The notes under the pieces were generated by a model. It made no database searches, was not told the DNA's origin, and saw only the letters and a program-made list of their open reading frames with translations. Made by a program: the position numbers and the translations under genes. A stretch of 36,611 bases of DNA from Flammeovirgaceae bacterium. Lineage in GTDB: Bacteria > Bacteroidota > Bacteroidia > Cytophagales > Flammeovirgaceae. The stretch spans positions 1 through 36,611 of the forward strand of contig JBMYQA010000024.1 in the NCBI GenBank assembly GCA_049600855.1, written 5' to 3'. Each line of letters begins with the position of its first letter. Position 1 is the stretch's first letter. Below, in pieces: positions 34,179 to 36,611 of this stretch.

Positions 34179-36551
34179 ATGTACAAAAAATTACTAATCT
34201 TTTTACTTGCCATGGTGCCATATTTGGCCGTTGCTCAATCAGGCAGAGTGAAAGGTAAAATCGTTGAAGATGGTACAGATGAAGCCATGATTGGCGTAAC
34301 TGTACTTGTAAAAAATACCACTGTAGGTGGTGTAACTGATTTGGATGGCAACTTTGCTATTGCAAATATCCCTGTAGGAAACCAAACCTTAGAGATTTCT
34401 TACATTGGCTATGAAACTATTTCGTTAGAAGTAACCATTAAAGCTGATGAAATTACCGAATTGGGAATCATTAAGTTACAATCTACTTCAATTGGTCTGG
34501 ATGAAATCGAGGTATTTGCTAATGTAGTAGAAGATCGTAAAACACCTGTTGCCGTATCAAAAATCGACAATACGGTGATTGTCGAGCAATTAGGAGGAAT
34601 GCAACTTCCTGAAATTTTAAACTCTACGCCTGGTGTGTATGCCACTAAAGGTTCAGGAGCTTTCGCAGATGCTCGAATCAACGTACGTGGATTCAACCAA
34701 ACGGAAACCCTTTTCTTAATTAATGGTGTGCCATTGAATGACATGGAATCGGGTAGCATGTTCTGGTCGAACTTTGCTGGTTTGAGCGAGATTACCCGAA
34801 ACATGGAAGTACAACGTGGTTTAGGAGCTTCTAAATTAGGGGTAAACTCTGTAGGTGGTACCATTAACATCATTACACAACCTGCTGAAAAGCGCAAGGG
34901 TGGGCGCGCAGAAGTAATGTTTGGAAATGGTAGCTGGGACAATCGCTATCGTTTAACGCTAAACTCTGGAAAATCAGATAAAGGTTGGGCCTTTACCTTC
35001 CAAGGTTCTCGAACTACTGGAGATGGTTACTTTGAAGGTGCTTATGTAGATGCGTGGTCGTACTTCTTGACTGCTTCTAAGGAAATCAATAAGAACCATA
35101 CTTTATTGTTCACCTTATTCGGTGCGCCTGTAAATCGTGGTCGTGTTTGGAGTAAAACAAAAGATTATTACGAGCGCTTTGGTAGTTTTCAACAAAATGC
35201 TGCTGTTGGTTATTTTAATGGCGAATTGTTGAATGCAAGTCAGAACCAATCGCACAAGCCTCAAGCGACTTTAATGCACTTGTGGAATATCAACCCGAAA
35301 ATGTTCGTAACGACTTCGGTATATACTTCAATTGCACGTGCTTATGGAACCAGTATTATTGACCAAACTCCTGGGGGTGATCCATTGCGTGATGAAGACT
35401 TATCAAATGATGGCTTACAACAATTTGAGGCCATGGCAGACGCAAACCGCGCCAATACTCAAACCATCAATAATCCTTATGGAGACCCTTTTGCTGATCC
35501 AATTGTTGGCGAACAAGCACTTTATGCGTTAGAAGCACGCTACAATAACCACAACTGGTATGGTGTTATTTCAAACTTGAATTATGAAATTGACCGAAAT
35601 ACTTCATTGGTAGTTGGAATTGATTTTAGAGATTATACTGCAAGACACTATGCTGAGGTGCATCACCTTTTAGGAGCTGACTTCTGGTATGACCGTCCAT
35701 TTGATGAAGACCCTAACATCTTACGTCCTAACAATGTGGCTTACAGAGGCGATCGAATCAACTACGATTACGAAGGAAATGTGCGTTGGGGTTCCGTTTT
35801 CCTTCAAGCAGAAAAAACAATGGGTAAGCTAGATATATTTGCTTCACTCAACCTATCACGTACACAAATGTGGCGTAATGGTTTGTATTGGGGCGGACAA
35901 TCTTCATTTGAAGGCAACTCATTTGGCGAATCAGACAAGCGCGTATTCAATAACTATAACCTCAAAGGTGGGTTAAACTACCGTTTCAATGGCCGTCATA
36001 ATGTCTTTGCAAACGCTGGTGTGTTCACAAGAGCACCATTCTTGATAAATGCTTTCCAAAACGCCCGTTACAGCAACTCTTACTTACCTAACTTAAGAGA
36101 TGAAGAAGCCTTAGCCTTTGAATTAGGCTATAGCTACCGAAGCAGCAAGTTCCGTTTGAATGCCAATGCGTATTACTTTAAGTGGAACAACAAAATTTTC
36201 CGTTTATTCCGTGAATTTGACGCTGGTTTAGATGAATTCATTTACCCATCTGTAGTAAATGGACAAGAAGCAATTCACCAAGGTATTGAAGTAGACTTCC
36301 AATTGGATGTGATTAATGGATTACAAATTCGTGGTGCTGCTTCATTAGGAGATTGGGAATGGGCAAGTAATGCAAATGTAATTGTAACCAACAACGAAAG
36401 CTTGGTTATTGAGGAATTTGAGTTAGATGCGAAAGGCACTCCTGTAGGTAATGCAGCACAAACTGCTGCCTTCATTGGCTTACACTACAAAGGCATTCGC
36501 AACTTTTACATTGGTAGTTTTAAGAAATATTTCACACCCAAAATAGTATGA
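34179..36551 (+). CDS. TonB-dependent outer-membrane receptor (carboxypeptidase-regulatory-like N-domain + plug + beta-barrel)
   Basis: Signal peptide; CarbopepD_reg-like segment (GRVKGKIVEDGTDEAMIGVTVLVKNTTVGGVTDLDGNFAI); plug-domain motifs (NSTPGVYATKGSGAFADARINVRGFNQTETLFLINGVPLND; RGLGASKLGVNSVGGTINIIT); long beta-rich remainder. The C-terminus ends ...KYFTPKIV rather than the usual terminal aromatic residue. Confidence 0.85.
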   Translation: MYKKLLIFLLAMVPYLAVAQSGRVKGKIVEDGTDEAMIGVTVLVKNTTVGGVTDLDGNFAIANIPVGNQTLEISYIGYETISLEVTIKADEITELGIIKLQSTSIGLDEIEVFANVVEDRKTPVAVSKIDNTVIVEQLGGMQLPEILNSTPGVYATKGSGAFADARINVRGFNQTETLFLINGVPLNDMESGSMFWSNFAGLSEITRNMEVQRGLGASKLGVNSVGGTINIITQPAEKRKGGRAEVMFGNGSWDNRYRLTLNSGKSDKGWAFTFQGSRTTGDGYFEGAYVDAWSYFLTASKEINKNHTLLFTLFGAPVNRGRVWSKTKDYYERFGSFQQNAAVGYFNGELLNASQNQSHKPQATLMHLWNINPKMFVTTSVYTSIARAYGTSIIDQTPGGDPLRDEDLSNDGLQQFEAMADANRANTQTINNPYGDPFADPIVGEQALYALEARYNNHNWYGVISNLNYEIDRNTSLVVGIDFRDYTARHYAEVHHLLGADFWYDRPFDEDPNILRPNNVAYRGDRINYDYEGNVRWGSVFLQAEKTMGKLDIFASLNLSRTQMWRNGLYWGGQSSFEGNSFGESDKRVFNNYNLKGGLNYRFNGRHNVFANAGVFTRAPFLINAFQNARYSNSYLPNLRDEEALAFELGYSYRSSKFRLNANAYYFKWNNKIFRLFREFDAGLDEFIYPSVVNGQEAIHQGIEVDFQLDVINGLQIRGAASLGDWEWASNANVIVTNNESLVIEEFELDAKGTPVGNAAQTAAFIGLHYKGIRNFYIGSFKKYFTPKIV

Positions 36552-36611
36552 AAAGCAAATCAAGATTTTGATGAAATCCAAATTATGGCAACTTTATTTA
36601 GTAATTCGCAA

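Noticed and set aside
1-36611. Mobile elements, integrases, transposases, restriction-modification or other defence islands
   Set aside because: No ORF shows integrase, transposase, methyltransferase/endonuclease-pair, Cas or abortive-infection hallmarks. The only hint of past mobility is the pair of tRNA-like 3' fragments, reported separately as a finding.

Overview
This 36.6-kb window reads as ordinary chromosomal DNA from a Bacteroidota-type genome. That assignment is inferred from two very large secreted proteins whose C-termini look like type-IX-secretion (T9SS) sorting domains, from the lack of Shine-Dalgarno spacing, and from TAnnTTTG -7 promoter-like boxes. I can support about 20 protein-coding genes. 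At the left edge is a polysaccharide-type glycosyltransferase cluster: a flippase-like C-terminus, a GT2 and a GT4 on the plus strand. Convergent to it is a DUF3524 (GTDC1-like) glycosyltransferase translationally coupled to a VanZ-like membrane protein. An overlapping psuG-prmC pair follows, then an acidic secreted protein of unknown function, and an orphan RNA 2'-phosphotransferase (KptA/Tpt1). The largest gene encodes a 1858-aa surface protein with a lamin-tail-domain / Calx-beta / Ig-like / T9SS-CTD architecture, built from nearly identical nucleotide tandem repeats. It is followed by two plus-strand terminators and a roughly 400-nt structured non-coding stretch carrying two tRNA-like T-arm plus acceptor fragments that I cannot fold into full cloverleaves. 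Downstream are an SPFH/band-7 protein with no transmembrane segment, a 1738-aa bacterial alpha-2-macroglobulin with a GCVEQ thioester motif, a di-heme cytochrome c peroxidase lipoprotein, a 1589-aa BNR/Asp-box + IPT/TIG + T9SS-CTD protein, a GPP34/GOLPH3-family protein, biotin carboxylase (accC), two tandem secreted proteins of the endonuclease/exonuclease/phosphatase (EEP) family, and a TonB-dependent receptor. I found no rRNA, no CRISPR array, and no transposase, integrase or other mobile-element genes. I found no complete canonical tRNA. Several intergenic hairpins look like Rho-independent or bidirectional terminators. I see no compelling multi-gene novel system here. The observations most worth a second look are the tRNA-like fragment region, the GTDC1-like glycosyltransferase with VanZ, the repeat-built adhesin, and the SPFH protein with a possible small transmembrane partner ORF.
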